Below are positions 10,582-20,876 of a stretch of 64,000 nt of DNA, piece by piece. The stretch lies in the IMG/VR virus record IMGVR_UViG_3300023199_000204, positions 124,001 through 188,000 of that record. The stretch is one strand, 5' to 3'. The notes beneath the pieces were generated by a model. The model did not search any database and was not told where the DNA came from. It was given only the letters and a program-made list of their open reading frames with translations. Positions within the stretch are counted from its first letter, which is position 1; every line of letters starts with the position of its first letter. A program made the translations under genes and the position numbers.

Positions 10582-11132
10582 TGAACATAACAATAACAGG
10601 TCATAGACCAGATACTTTTTTACAATCACATATAAGTGAATATTTAGCAAAAAAGAAAATATCTGATGTACTGGGAGGATTAAAAAGACAATATGGAAAG
10701 GACCTATCTTTTAATATAGGTGGAGCAATTGGTGTTGACCAGTGGGCAGGAACAGCCTGTGTTGAACAAGATATTAATTTTAAACTTTATTTACCTTTTA
10801 TTCCAAAAGTACAGTCAAAGTATTGGAAAAAAGAAGATGTAGAAGCACTTAATCTATTAATAGAGAATGCTAATTCTCTTACAATAGTTGATCCATCAGG
10901 CAATTATAATGTTTATCGCTATGAAGAAAGAAATAGATTAATGGTAGATAATTCTACATTTGTTGTAGCTTTTTGGTTGGGCAAGAAAAAGGGCGGAACA
11001 TTTAATTGTATAAAATATGCCTTAAACAAATCTAAATTTGTAGCTCACGGATTTGATAATTTAAGGTTATTGTTTAATGAAGATTTAAAATCTGGCTGGA
11101 CGCCTAACTTGGAGGAATTAAATGACAAATGA
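10581..11132 (+). CDS. YspA/DUF1273 SLOG-family protein
   Basis: ITITGHRP, GGAIGVDQW, RNRLMVDNS, GGTFNC. Confidence 0.85.
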   Translation: MNITITGHRPDTFLQSHISEYLAKKKISDVLGGLKRQYGKDLSFNIGGAIGVDQWAGTACVEQDINFKLYLPFIPKVQSKYWKKEDVEALNLLIENANSLTIVDPSGNYNVYRYEERNRLMVDNSTFVVAFWLGKKKGGTFNCIKYALNKSKFVAHGFDNLRLLFNEDLKSGWTPNLEELNDK

Positions 11133-11763
11133 AAATGTTCAGGCAGAATCTATTAATAAAAGCAAGTGGAATAAATATCCAGTCAACAATGATGTTGTTT
11201 TAGAGTGGATGAATGTTTGGGAAAATGGTTCTGAAGAAATCAAGAGAAAGACTGAAGAACTACTAATAAAAAAACTATCTTATTTGACTAACAAGATTGC
11301 CAGGAAGCATATAAACAAACACTATTACGAAGATATTCTAATGGAAGTTAAATTAGGTCTCATCTGTGCTTTAAGAGAATTTGATTCACAGAGGGGACCT
11401 AACTTTTTCAAATACGCTCAATGGAAAATGAAAAATAAAGTGAGGGATTTTATGAGCTGGTATATTAGGTCTAGCAAAAGATTTGAATATAAAAACTCAT
11501 CACTTTATGAAAATATAAAAACACCATGCGAAAAACTTGAAAAACAAGAACAACTACGGGCGCTTTTCAAAGCGCTCGATTTTTTATCAGATAGAGAAAA
11601 ATCGATTCTAAATTTAAGATTCGGGCTAGATGGTGGAGATCCAAAAGTATTAAGAGAAATAGGGGAAGTTTTTAACTTATCTAAAGAAAGAATCCGTCAA
11701 ATAGAGGTTGAGGCAATTAAAAAACTTAAGAAAGTAATAGAAATTAAAGATTTGGAGGACTAA
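11122..11763 (+). CDS. Sigma-70-family RNA polymerase sigma factor
   Basis: Region 2 (GLICALREFDSQRGPNFFKYA) and region 4 HTH (LNLRFGL...LREIGEVFNLSKERIRQIE). Confidence 0.9.
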   Translation: MTNENVQAESINKSKWNKYPVNNDVVLEWMNVWENGSEEIKRKTEELLIKKLSYLTNKIARKHINKHYYEDILMEVKLGLICALREFDSQRGPNFFKYAQWKMKNKVRDFMSWYIRSSKRFEYKNSSLYENIKTPCEKLEKQEQLRALFKALDFLSDREKSILNLRFGLDGGDPKVLREIGEVFNLSKERIRQIEVEAIKKLKKVIEIKDLED

Positions 11764-11768
11764 TTTGT

Positions 11769-14700
11769 ATGGAACTATCAGCGAGGATTTTGTCGGATAT
11801 TGTTGTTTATATGAAATATGCGAGATTTAAACCGGAACTTGGAAGAAGAGAAACTTGGAAAGAACTTATTACTAGAAATAAAAATATGCACATTAAAAAA
11901 TATCCAAAGCTGGAAGACGAAATAGAGGAGGCATATAAATTAGTTTATGATAGAAAAGTACTACCCTCAATGCGCGGACTCCAATTTGGTGGAAAGCCTA
12001 TTGAAATAAACCCAAGTAGGTTATACAATTGTTGCTATACTCCTATGGATGATTGGAGAGCATTTTCAGAAATAATGTTTTTGCTTTTGGGAGGTTCAGG
12101 GGCAGGTTATTCAGTTCAACATCACCATATAGATAAACTACCAGAAATTAAACGACCAAGGAAAAGGAAAAGAAGATATTTAGTTGGAGACTCAATCGAG
12201 GGATGGGCTGATGCTATTAAAGTTTTGATGAAATCATATTTCTTTGGAATGTCTGATATAGATTTTGATTATTCAGATATTAGGCCGAAGGGAACTAAAC
12301 TAGTGACAGCTGGTGGAAAAGCTCCTGGTCCCCAACCTTTGAAAGATTGTATTCATAACATAAGAAAGGTTTTGGATACTAAAGAAGTTGGTAGCAGGCT
12401 TACTTCTTTAGAAATTCACGACATAAATTGTTTTATTGCTGATGCAGTATTGTCTGGTGGGATTCGAAGATGTTTACCACAAAATACTTTAATTCACACT
12501 AAGAATGGATTAGTAAAGATAAAAAATATTAATGTAGGAGATGAAGTTTTAGTTGGTGTTAATAAGTGGGAAAAAGTATATGCTAAAGAAAATACTGGAA
12601 ATAAAAGTCTTTTGACAATAAAGACACAGTTAGGCAATTTTTTCAGTACTCCAGAGCATCGTTGGGCAGTTTTAAAAAACTTAGAAGGAGAAATTTTTTG
12701 GAAAGAGGCGCAAAATTTGTCTAGTCAAGATAGATTAGTTTTTGTTCCAGATATGTTATCACCAGATAACAATTTAGATTTTCCAGAATGGAAATACATC
12801 CCTCCTAAACACTCTACAATTAGTAAAAATATCAAAATTCCAAAATTTTCTGATAAGTACGCGTGGTATCTTGGGTTTTTACATGGGGATGGTTATGTTT
12901 GTAAGTTTAAAAACCTTTGGAAACAGGTAGTTTTTTCTTGCGCCCCAGATATGCCCAAATCTTATAAAAAGGTAATGGAATTGTCTAAAAATTTCAATGT
13001 AAATCCTAGACCTGTTATGAAAACAGATGGTGCCGATAAAATAGTAATAAAATCTAATCAATTAGCAGAATTTTTAAGTCAATACAAAACATCAAATACA
13101 TCAATAGAAGTTCCTGATATTATTCTTAGGGGAGATTATAAAATTAAATCATCTTATATTGCTGGAATCTTTGATGCTGATGGTAGCGTAAAGTCTAAAA
13201 ATAATAAAAAAGTTATGCCCGCAATAAGTTCTATATATTTTGATTATTTAAGACAACTTAGAGCAGTTTTAGCGAGCTTAAATATTCCAACAAAAATTAG
13301 TATTGTTAGACCAGAAAAAGGTAATTGGAAGACATTATATAAGTTAACTACTGTAGGCCAAGAATCTTTATATAGATTTCATGAACTTATTGGCCCGTAT
13401 TCTGAGAAGTGGCAAAATGATAGTAAAGATTTTTCAAGAAAGTGCGAAAGGAAGTCTTTTACCGTGCCCCCAAAATTATTGAAAGAGTCCCAATATAAGA
13501 ATCTTTTTAATGGAAGTTATTCTTCAGATTCTAGGGTAGAGTTATCATTTTTAAAGTTTGAGAAAGATACGAAAAAAAGAGGATATAAGCCAGTTAAAAT
13601 AGTTGAAGTTATTGATGAAGGTATAAAAACCGAGACATATGATATATCAGTAGAAAATGAATTTTGTTTTGTTGCAGAAGGAATGTTAGTTCACAATTCC
13701 GCTATGATTAGTCTCTTTTCATTTGATGATGAAGATATGATAACTTGTAAATATGGTGCTTGGTGGGAACTAAATCCACAAAGGGCGAGAGCAAATAATT
13801 CAGCTGTAATATTGAGGCATTTAATAAAAGAAGAAGAGTTTTATGACTTTTGGAAAAGAATAGAATTATCTAATTCTGGTGAGCCGGGAATATTCTTTTC
13901 AAATGATATGAACACTGGATCGAATCCATGTATGGAAATATCATTAAAGCCCAACTGTTTTTGTAATTTATGTGAAGTTAATGTAAGTGATGTTGAAAGT
14001 CAGGAAGATTTAAATAAAAGAGTTAGAGCTGCTGCTTTTATAGGGACATTACAGGCAAGCTATACTAATTTTCATTATTTAAGAGATATATGGAAACGAA
14101 CAGCAGAAAAGGAAGCTTTACTTGGAATAGGATTAACTGGTATAGCCAGCAATGCTATTCAAAAATTTGATTTACAAGAATCTGTCAAAATAGGAATGAC
14201 AGAAAACGAGAGGGTGGCTAATTTATTAGGAATTAATAAAGCAGCCCGAGTAACTTGTATTAAGCCTTCTGGGACATCTGCTTTAGTTTTAGGTTGTTCT
14301 AGTGGAATACACGCATATCATTCTAAGTATTATATTCGTAGAATTAGAGTTGGAAAGGATGAGGCCATATATAAATATCTTAAAGAACATCTTCCTAATA
14401 TTATAGAGGATGATTTCCTAAAACCAAAACTACAAGCTGTAATCTCTTTACCAGTTAAAGCACCACAAGGTTCAATTTTAAGAAATGAGTCTGCTCTTTC
14501 TTTGTTAGAAAGAGTAAAAGATTTTCATAACAACTGGATTAGTCCGGGGCACAGAAAGGGACAAAATAAGCACAACATTTCTTGTACTGTTTCTATTAAA
14601 AAAGATGAGTGGAAAACAGTAGGCAAATGGATGTGGGAAAACAGAGAGTTTTATAATGGTCTGTCCGTTTTGCCTTATGACTGTGGTAGCTATACTCAAG

Positions 14701-14849
14701 CACCTCTTGAAGAGTGTAGTGAAATAGAATATTTTAATATGCTTAGTAATTTGGAAAAAATTAATTTAAAAGATATTGTAGAGGGGGAAGATAATACAAT
14801 GTTTAATGAAATCGTTGCTTGTGCGGGCGGAAAATGTGACATTGTATAA
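11769..14849 (+). CDS. nrdJ: Class II (B12-dependent) ribonucleotide reductase, intein-containing; about 617 aa after splicing
   Basis: VLPSMRGL, YNCCY, NPCMEISL, CNLCE, TCIKPSGT, C-terminal ACAGGKC. Confidence 0.93.
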   Translation: MELSARILSDIVVYMKYARFKPELGRRETWKELITRNKNMHIKKYPKLEDEIEEAYKLVYDRKVLPSMRGLQFGGKPIEINPSRLYNCCYTPMDDWRAFSEIMFLLLGGSGAGYSVQHHHIDKLPEIKRPRKRKRRYLVGDSIEGWADAIKVLMKSYFFGMSDIDFDYSDIRPKGTKLVTAGGKAPGPQPLKDCIHNIRKVLDTKEVGSRLTSLEIHDINCFIADAVLSGGIRRCLPQNTLIHTKNGLVKIKNINVGDEVLVGVNKWEKVYAKENTGNKSLLTIKTQLGNFFSTPEHRWAVLKNLEGEIFWKEAQNLSSQDRLVFVPDMLSPDNNLDFPEWKYIPPKHSTISKNIKIPKFSDKYAWYLGFLHGDGYVCKFKNLWKQVVFSCAPDMPKSYKKVMELSKNFNVNPRPVMKTDGADKIVIKSNQLAEFLSQYKTSNTSIEVPDIILRGDYKIKSSYIAGIFDADGSVKSKNNKKVMPAISSIYFDYLRQLRAVLASLNIPTKISIVRPEKGNWKTLYKLTTVGQESLYRFHELIGPYSEKWQNDSKDFSRKCERKSFTVPPKLLKESQYKNLFNGSYSSDSRVELSFLKFEKDTKKRGYKPVKIVEVIDEGIKTETYDISVENEFCFVAEGMLVHNSAMISLFSFDDEDMITCKYGAWWELNPQRARANNSAVILRHLIKEEEFYDFWKRIELSNSGEPGIFFSNDMNTGSNPCMEISLKPNCFCNLCEVNVSDVESQEDLNKRVRAAAFIGTLQASYTNFHYLRDIWKRTAEKEALLGIGLTGIASNAIQKFDLQESVKIGMTENERVANLLGINKAARVTCIKPSGTSALVLGCSSGIHAYHSKYYIRRIRVGKDEAIYKYLKEHLPNIIEDDFLKPKLQAVISLPVKAPQGSILRNESALSLLERVKDFHNNWISPGHRKGQNKHNISCTVSIKKDEWKTVGKWMWENREFYNGLSVLPYDCGSYTQAPLEECSEIEYFNMLSNLEKINLKDIVEGEDNTMFNEIVACAGGKCDIV
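12471..13697 (+). mobile_element. NrdJ intein (409 aa, LAGLIDADG)
   Basis: GGIRR/CLPQNT start, STPEHRW, LGFLHGDG, AGIFDADG, LVHN/S end. Confidence 0.93.
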
Positions 14850-14858
14850 TTATTAATT

Positions 14859-15197
14859 ATGATTGTATTAGCTGACAGAGATAATGTAAATGAAGTAATA
14901 GAAGAGGAAAAACAAGAGTGGGTTGTAAAGGTTTTAGTAGCTCTTGGAGTAGAAGAAAGCATATTAGAAATTAATGATCCGATGTTTGATATTAGTGATT
15001 ATTTAGCAGGTCTTAATTTAGAAATCTGGAATAATCCAAATGGAACTGTTGATATTTTAAGAGGTGATAAAGTAGTTGGTCAGTGGAAAGAGCCAAGTTA
15101 TATTTTAAAAAAAGAAGGACAGGGTAAGTTTTATTATGAGGTAAAGATAAATGAATGGTCTTTGCCGTTTCAGATGGAAAAAAGAGGTAGAAAATAA
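14859..15197 (+). CDS. Hypothetical protein
   Basis: Open frame, coupled to next gene. Confidence 0.75.
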   Translation: MIVLADRDNVNEVIEEEKQEWVVKVLVALGVEESILEINDPMFDISDYLAGLNLEIWNNPNGTVDILRGDKVVGQWKEPSYILKKEGQGKFYYEVKINEWSLPFQMEKRGRK

Positions 15198-15658
15198 TGA
15201 GCGAGTTTTATACAAAAAGTGATAAAGGAGAATATATTCCAATTTCCTTTGACAAGATAGTTACTAAAGATTGGGATGAGAAGCTTGTTTTAGTTAGAAT
15301 TGGAAGTGAAGAAAATCCAGCAAAAGAAGATGAGATAAATCAAACCATGGAAGGATTAAATAACGCAGACGCTTTATATAAGCTTAAAAATGCTAGTTTT
15401 TTAATTACACTACATAATATTGATTTTGAAAAATTTGGAAGCGTGAAGGAAATTGCTGAGCAAAATATAGCAGTAAAAGTAACTGCTGATGATGACTTAT
15501 CAAAGTTGTCTTATTTGCAAAAAGAAGCCAAATCACAATTAAGAGGAAAGGTCAAGAAAGTTGTTACATTGCCAGTTCCACTAACTGTCCAAGAATATAA
15601 GGAAGTTATGGACATTAAGAAAAGGTGTGATACAAGAAGAGAAAGGAGAGGAAAATAG
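15197..15658 (+). CDS. Hypothetical protein
   Basis: Open frame, TAATG coupling. Confidence 0.75.
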   Translation: MSEFYTKSDKGEYIPISFDKIVTKDWDEKLVLVRIGSEENPAKEDEINQTMEGLNNADALYKLKNASFLITLHNIDFEKFGSVKEIAEQNIAVKVTADDDLSKLSYLQKEAKSQLRGKVKKVVTLPVPLTVQEYKEVMDIKKRCDTRRERRGK

Positions 15659-15720
15659 TTGAAAAAACTACTAATATTTGTTCATTAAATAGTAAACTCT
15701 TAAGGAGGGTGATCTAATTA

Positions 15721-16995
15721 ATGAAAACATTTTTGCTAGACACCAATATCTTCCTTGTTGATCCTGCCTGTTTAAAATCATTTAAAAATAACGAAATAGT
15801 CATTCCACTATCAGTAATCGATGAGCTAGATGAAGCTAAAAATCGTCCTGATGCGATAGGAAGGAATGCTAGAGAAGCAATTAGAATTTTAGATGTTTTA
15901 AGAAAAAAAGGTAATATTAGCAAAGGGGTAAGTTTAGAAGACACTTTAATAAGAGTAGAGCTTAATCATTCCGATAATATTCCATCTATGTTGTCAGATA
16001 AAAAGAAAGACAATAGATTTATAAGCACTGCTTTAGGTCTTAAAAGGGAAGGAAGTAAGGTAATAGTAATAACAAAAGATATTAATCTTAGAGTTAAATG
16101 CGATGCCTTAGGGCTTGAGGCAGAAGATTATGAAACTGACAAGATAGCTAAAAATCCCTCTGATATTTATTCTGGAATTAGAGAAGAGTTTGTATCTCAA
16201 GAAACAGTGGATAAGCTATATAAAGAAGAGGATGGAATAGAAGGCTTTGAAGGCTTTCCCAATGAATTTATTCTCCTTAAAACTGAACACAATAATTGTG
16301 TGGGGTTAGGAAGAATTGTTGGAGATAAGCTTAAAAAGTATAATAATATCAAGAAAATATGTGGAATTAGTCCAAGAAATTTAGAACAAAAAATAGCTTT
16401 TGAGTTATTAATGGATCCAGATGTTAAGCTAGTTACATTGGTTGGTCTTGCTGGAAGTGGCAAGACTGTAATGGCGGCAGCGGCTGGATTACATCACATA
16501 TTAAGCCAAGGCAATACATATCAGAAGCTTCTTATATCTAGACCTATACAGCCTATGGGAAGAGATTTGGGCTACCTTCCTGGTGACATTGATCAAAAAC
16601 TAGATCCTTGGATGCAGCCAATTTACGACAATTTCGAGCTTCTTTTGGGCAACAGTAGAGAAAATTTAAGGATGTATAAGGAGCAAAGACTAATTCAAGT
16701 AGAGCCTTTAACATACGTTAGAGGCAGAAGTATCCCAAAAGCTTTCATAATTCTTGATGAGGCTCAAAACCTTAGCATTAATGAAATTAAGACAATTGTA
16801 TCAAGAGCTGGCGAAGACACGAAAATAGTAATTACTGGAGATATAGAGCAGATTGATAACCCTTATGTAGATTTTGCTGATAATGGATTAACACACGTTG
16901 TTGAAAGATTTAAGGATTATGGAATTGCGGGACATATAATGCTTCAAAAATGTGAAAGATCTAAACTTGCGGAACTAGCCGCCAAAGTGCTGTAA
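15721..16995 (+). CDS. phoH: PIN-domain PhoH-family protein (PhoH2/YlaK type)
   Basis: PIN: LLDTNI, VIDELD, DNRFI, ITKDINLRVK; ATPase: GLAGSGKT, LDEAQN, TGDIEQID. Confidence 0.92.
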   Translation: MKTFLLDTNIFLVDPACLKSFKNNEIVIPLSVIDELDEAKNRPDAIGRNAREAIRILDVLRKKGNISKGVSLEDTLIRVELNHSDNIPSMLSDKKKDNRFISTALGLKREGSKVIVITKDINLRVKCDALGLEAEDYETDKIAKNPSDIYSGIREEFVSQETVDKLYKEEDGIEGFEGFPNEFILLKTEHNNCVGLGRIVGDKLKKYNNIKKICGISPRNLEQKIAFELLMDPDVKLVTLVGLAGSGKTVMAAAAGLHHILSQGNTYQKLLISRPIQPMGRDLGYLPGDIDQKLDPWMQPIYDNFELLLGNSRENLRMYKEQRLIQVEPLTYVRGRSIPKAFIILDEAQNLSINEIKTIVSRAGEDTKIVITGDIEQIDNPYVDFADNGLTHVVERFKDYGIAGHIMLQKCERSKLAELAAKVL

Positions 16996-17011
16996 TTATA
17001 ATACTTTATAC

Positions 17012-17046
17012 AATATGGAGCTTAATTTATTAGGCTCCATATTTTT
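17012..17046 (+). terminator. Rho-independent terminator after phoH
   Basis: AATATGGAGC...GCTCCATATT stem followed by T run. Confidence 0.7.
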
Positions 17047-17109
17047 ATCGATAGAATGTAATTTAGAATATACTAATATTAAGGCATTTTTGTGTAAAAT
17101 ATTAGTATA

Positions 17110-18393
17110 TTGGAGAATTTTATTGTGAGTCTTTTTACATTAAACAAAAACCCAACAGCCAGTGAGACTGGAGTAGATGGGGATAAAACTATAGACATAA
17201 GCATACTTTCTACAACTGATGACTTTGGTGTAGTTTTATCGGACATAGATGCTTATGTTGATGGAAATCCGGCGTTTGTTGGTCCGGGGACATTTTTATC
17301 TCCTTGGAATGGAAGTGATTCTTCAATATCTGCCATAACTACTGATGGTTATAGTGGATATAAACTTATTTTAGATTATGCCAGCGGCTCTTTAAATTCA
17401 AACACAGATTTTTCTGTTAGAGTCGTAGCTAGAGATGAGAATTTAAATACACTGGATGAAAGTTATTCTTTTAGAACTGGTAATAAGATTATTTCAGCCG
17501 AAGTTTCTGATTTTGAAATAGTCTTAAATGTAAAATTTGAACAGGCAATGAGTGAGGGAACATTGTCAAAAGCTTCTGGATACACATTTGATAATGGAGC
17601 ATATGTTAGGTTAGTAGAACAGGTTTCTTCGGCTGAGGTTAAAATATGGGTGGAATTATTAGACGGTAGTGATTCATTTGTTTTAAATACATCAGATATT
17701 ATACTAGATTCATATGGAGATCCCATCCCAAGCTCTTATAATAATTTTGTAGTTTCTCCGCTTGTTTCTACAGCAACAATAAGTCATTCAAATGCTAAGA
17801 TAAGAACCTGGAGAGAAAGTAACATTATTTTTGCCGATAGTGAAAGAATTTATTTGGCAGGAAGTAGAGGAATGGACGTTTTTAATAGAGACAACATAAC
17901 AGCAACTTCTCGTTGGGGACAAATATTTGATTCGTATGGAATTAATGCTATGTTTGTTGCTAACTTTGGCGGAGATTTGGTCATAACCGATACCTCTCCG
18001 CCTTATCTATCAAATCAAAGTCCAGTTCCTTTAACATTTGCCCCTACTGATTCATTAATCATATTATCCATAGTAGATGATGAAACGTCAGTGGAACCAA
18101 CATCTACAACTATTTATATTAATGAGATATTAGCATTCAGTGGAAGCTTTGGTGGTTGGCAAAATGACTATACTGGAAGTATTATAGTATCTCATAAAAG
18201 GCTTAATTTTACTATTGTTTCAGTTTCACAGTTTTCAGAGGGACAAAATGTAACAGTAAGGGTAATATCTTCAGATCTATATGGGAATGAATTAGATACA
18301 ATATACGGATTTATTGCGACTGATGAAGTTGATCTTTTTGGAGAAGGTTTTGGAGCAGAGGCTTGGGGAACTAGTGGCTGGGGTAGTGCATAA
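17110..18393 (+). CDS. Probable virion structural protein (Ig-like beta-rich, acidic)
   Basis: Ser/Thr/Asp-rich beta-sandwich-like repeats (NKNPTA, NQSPVP); start codon uncertain. Confidence 0.55.
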   Translation: MENFIVSLFTLNKNPTASETGVDGDKTIDISILSTTDDFGVVLSDIDAYVDGNPAFVGPGTFLSPWNGSDSSISAITTDGYSGYKLILDYASGSLNSNTDFSVRVVARDENLNTLDESYSFRTGNKIISAEVSDFEIVLNVKFEQAMSEGTLSKASGYTFDNGAYVRLVEQVSSAEVKIWVELLDGSDSFVLNTSDIILDSYGDPIPSSYNNFVVSPLVSTATISHSNAKIRTWRESNIIFADSERIYLAGSRGMDVFNRDNITATSRWGQIFDSYGINAMFVANFGGDLVITDTSPPYLSNQSPVPLTFAPTDSLIILSIVDDETSVEPTSTTIYINEILAFSGSFGGWQNDYTGSIIVSHKRLNFTIVSVSQFSEGQNVTVRVISSDLYGNELDTIYGFIATDEVDLFGEGFGAEAWGTSGWGSA

Positions 18394-19559
18394 TGGTTTT
18401 TCCTATTATTTCAAACAAAAGCCCAGAGGTAGATTCATATGGAAACTCTATTGATACTTTAATTGAATTTGATATTACAGATGCTGACGACGACCTAACA
18501 GGAAGTTCCGTCAATATATATGTTAAGGGCGCACTTGCTTATAATGGAACAAATTTTTTATCTCCCTTTAATGGAATAAATTCAGCAGTATCGACAATAA
18601 CAGATGGTTATCATTTTGCGATAGACAGTTATAATGATTATGCTAATTTAGTTTCAGTTGAAGTTGATGCCTATGATTCTTCTTTAAACACTATAGAAGA
18701 AAAATGGTCATTTTTAATCACAGGTAATTTTAATGTGGTTTATTTTTCTGACGGCTATGGTTTAAAGGCAATAGATCAGTTAGATTTAGTCGGAGAAGCA
18801 CAAAGCGTAGTTAGAGCTGTTTTAACAGAACCAGATATTCCTTCAAGAAGAATTTCACATTTAGATGGAACAACGAAAGGTGGCAGTGTTTTTAATGTTG
18901 CTTCTTTTCTAGACTCCTATGCGACAGACTCTTATGGAGCTTCTGTTATAAAAAATGAAACACAGGTTTTTACTTATAGAGATGGTTATAAAGTAGATAA
19001 AGCAAAAATTAATACCAACGGAACTCTTTATTTAATTAATAAAACATTAAACCAAATAGAAGCATTTTATGGTGTAGATTATAGGGGGGACGTTAATAGA
19101 GAGCCAGATTTTATTTATAATGAATCATCAGTCCCTTCATTATTTAATGGAGAACTTCTTGATATAGAGATGTCAGAAGGAAATTCTACAGTCTTTCCTG
19201 GAGGGACAAGGTTATATATTGGAACTTCATTAGGTATGTCTAAACTTGATACTTATGATTCTCAAACTGACGGATATTCGGATAGTTTAGAAGGCTATGG
19301 GATATCTGTTTCATATGGTATTTCTGGATCAGGTGCTGATTATGAAGTGCTAGGAGGGACAATACCTAGAGTTACTAGAGTTAGTGTTAATGATGAAAAG
19401 CTAGTAATGTTTGTTGTAACTGCTGATGGATTAGGTGATGGTGGAATTACTCAAGTTAATTTATCTGGTAATTCAAAAATATTGTTTATAGATAAAAATG
19501 TCGGATATATAGCGAGCAATGATATAAGAGACGTGTTTGCGAGGGATTTTAACATATGA
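18393..19559 (+). CDS. Probable virion structural protein
   Basis: N-terminal module (SNKSPEV...FLSPFNG) similar to preceding gene. Confidence 0.55.
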   Translation: MVFPIISNKSPEVDSYGNSIDTLIEFDITDADDDLTGSSVNIYVKGALAYNGTNFLSPFNGINSAVSTITDGYHFAIDSYNDYANLVSVEVDAYDSSLNTIEEKWSFLITGNFNVVYFSDGYGLKAIDQLDLVGEAQSVVRAVLTEPDIPSRRISHLDGTTKGGSVFNVASFLDSYATDSYGASVIKNETQVFTYRDGYKVDKAKINTNGTLYLINKTLNQIEAFYGVDYRGDVNREPDFIYNESSVPSLFNGELLDIEMSEGNSTVFPGGTRLYIGTSLGMSKLDTYDSQTDGYSDSLEGYGISVSYGISGSGADYEVLGGTIPRVTRVSVNDEKLVMFVVTADGLGDGGITQVNLSGNSKILFIDKNVGYIASNDIRDVFARDFNI

Positions 19560-19819
19560 TAGAAAAATTAACTTTACAAGAGCTGTTGTTAGCGAGACAA
19601 TGGCTGGTATTTTATACAAATGTAACGAATATAGAGAAGAATTATTCTAATGATGCTGTTCAGGCACTACTTGATGTCGACAAACAGATATGGGGAAAAC
19701 TGATTTCAACCAGCACACCTTGGGGTGAAGTTAAAAGCAAAGAAGATAATTTAGAATTTTGTGATGAGGATTTTGATGATACTGTTAAAGAATTATTTAA
19801 AGAAGAAGAAGAAGAATGA
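19556..19819 (+). CDS. Hypothetical protein
   Basis: Coupled open frame. Confidence 0.7.
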   Translation: MIEKLTLQELLLARQWLVFYTNVTNIEKNYSNDAVQALLDVDKQIWGKLISTSTPWGEVKSKEDNLEFCDEDFDDTVKELFKEEEEE

Positions 19820-20112
19820 TTGTAGACAAAGATAAAGAAAAATCTGATTTGCTATTGAAAGATATTGTTAAAACTAAGTTTAAATTAGAGGATGAGGGTA
19901 AAAATCCGAGAGTAGTTTTATTATCAAAAGAAGAAAATGAATTACTTAAAAATAATTGGATTAAAACATATAAAGAGCTGCCTTGGGCAGATAGTATTAA
20001 TTTTGAACTTATTAGAAATAAAAATAAAGAGAGTATATTTCTAGGTGACGGAACTATATTAGGTTTGTGGGTCGTAGTTGTTGATACGATAGAGGAATTT
20101 AAAGTATATTAA
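19816..20112 (+). CDS. Hypothetical protein
   Basis: Coupled open frame. Confidence 0.7.
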   Translation: MIVDKDKEKSDLLLKDIVKTKFKLEDEGKNPRVVLLSKEENELLKNNWIKTYKELPWADSINFELIRNKNKESIFLGDGTILGLWVVVVDTIEEFKVY

Positions 20113-20876
20113 TGATAGTTTATATAAAAAGCAGAGAAGAATTAGAGGGTTTTAAATTAGCTTCAAAGCACGCTGCGGAAATTCTAGAAAAATTAATAAA
20201 AGCGGCTAAACCTGGAGTGGAGTTAAGACATCTTGATGAACTAGCAAATAAAGAATGTAAGTCACGCAATATCATTCCAATATTTTTAAATTATAATGGA
20301 TTTCCTGGCTCAGTATGTTTGTCTGTAAATGAAGAATTAGTTCACGGAATTCCTTCAGACAGAACACTAAAAGAAGGTGATGTTCTCACGATAGATTTTG
20401 GCTCAAATTATAATGGATATATTGGAGACACAGCTGAAACTATAGTTGTTGGGCAAAAACAAAACAATTTAATTAAATGTTGTAAAAAAGCATTAATGGA
20501 AGCAATTAAATTATCAGTTCCTGGTAATAAATTAAACGATATAGGTAGAGTTATAAGTGGTATTGCTAAAAAGAATGGATATTGTATTCCTTACGGATAT
20601 GGCGGGCACGGAATAAATAGATATGAGTTACACGGTTCCCCATTTGTTCCGAACTATGAAGTAATTGAAAAGGAAAACATAACATTAAGAAAAGGAATGA
20701 TAATAGCTATAGAGCCTATGTTTATAGATGGCACCGACAATACAACTTCTGTTAAAGATGATAATTGGACGGTAGTGGCTAGTGGAATTTCAGCACACTG
20801 CGAGCACACCATAATGGTTGATAAAAATCCACTTATTTTAACTAAAAGAGGCATGGATGTTAAAATGTGTAGTTGA
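20112..20876 (+). CDS. map: Methionine aminopeptidase, type I
   Basis: CLSVNEELVHGIP, IDFG, GYIGDTAET, GGHGI, AIEPM, SAHCEHT. Confidence 0.93.
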   Translation: MIVYIKSREELEGFKLASKHAAEILEKLIKAAKPGVELRHLDELANKECKSRNIIPIFLNYNGFPGSVCLSVNEELVHGIPSDRTLKEGDVLTIDFGSNYNGYIGDTAETIVVGQKQNNLIKCCKKALMEAIKLSVPGNKLNDIGRVISGIAKKNGYCIPYGYGGHGINRYELHGSPFVPNYEVIEKENITLRKGMIIAIEPMFIDGTDNTTSVKDDNWTVVASGISAHCEHTIMVDKNPLILTKRGMDVKMCS

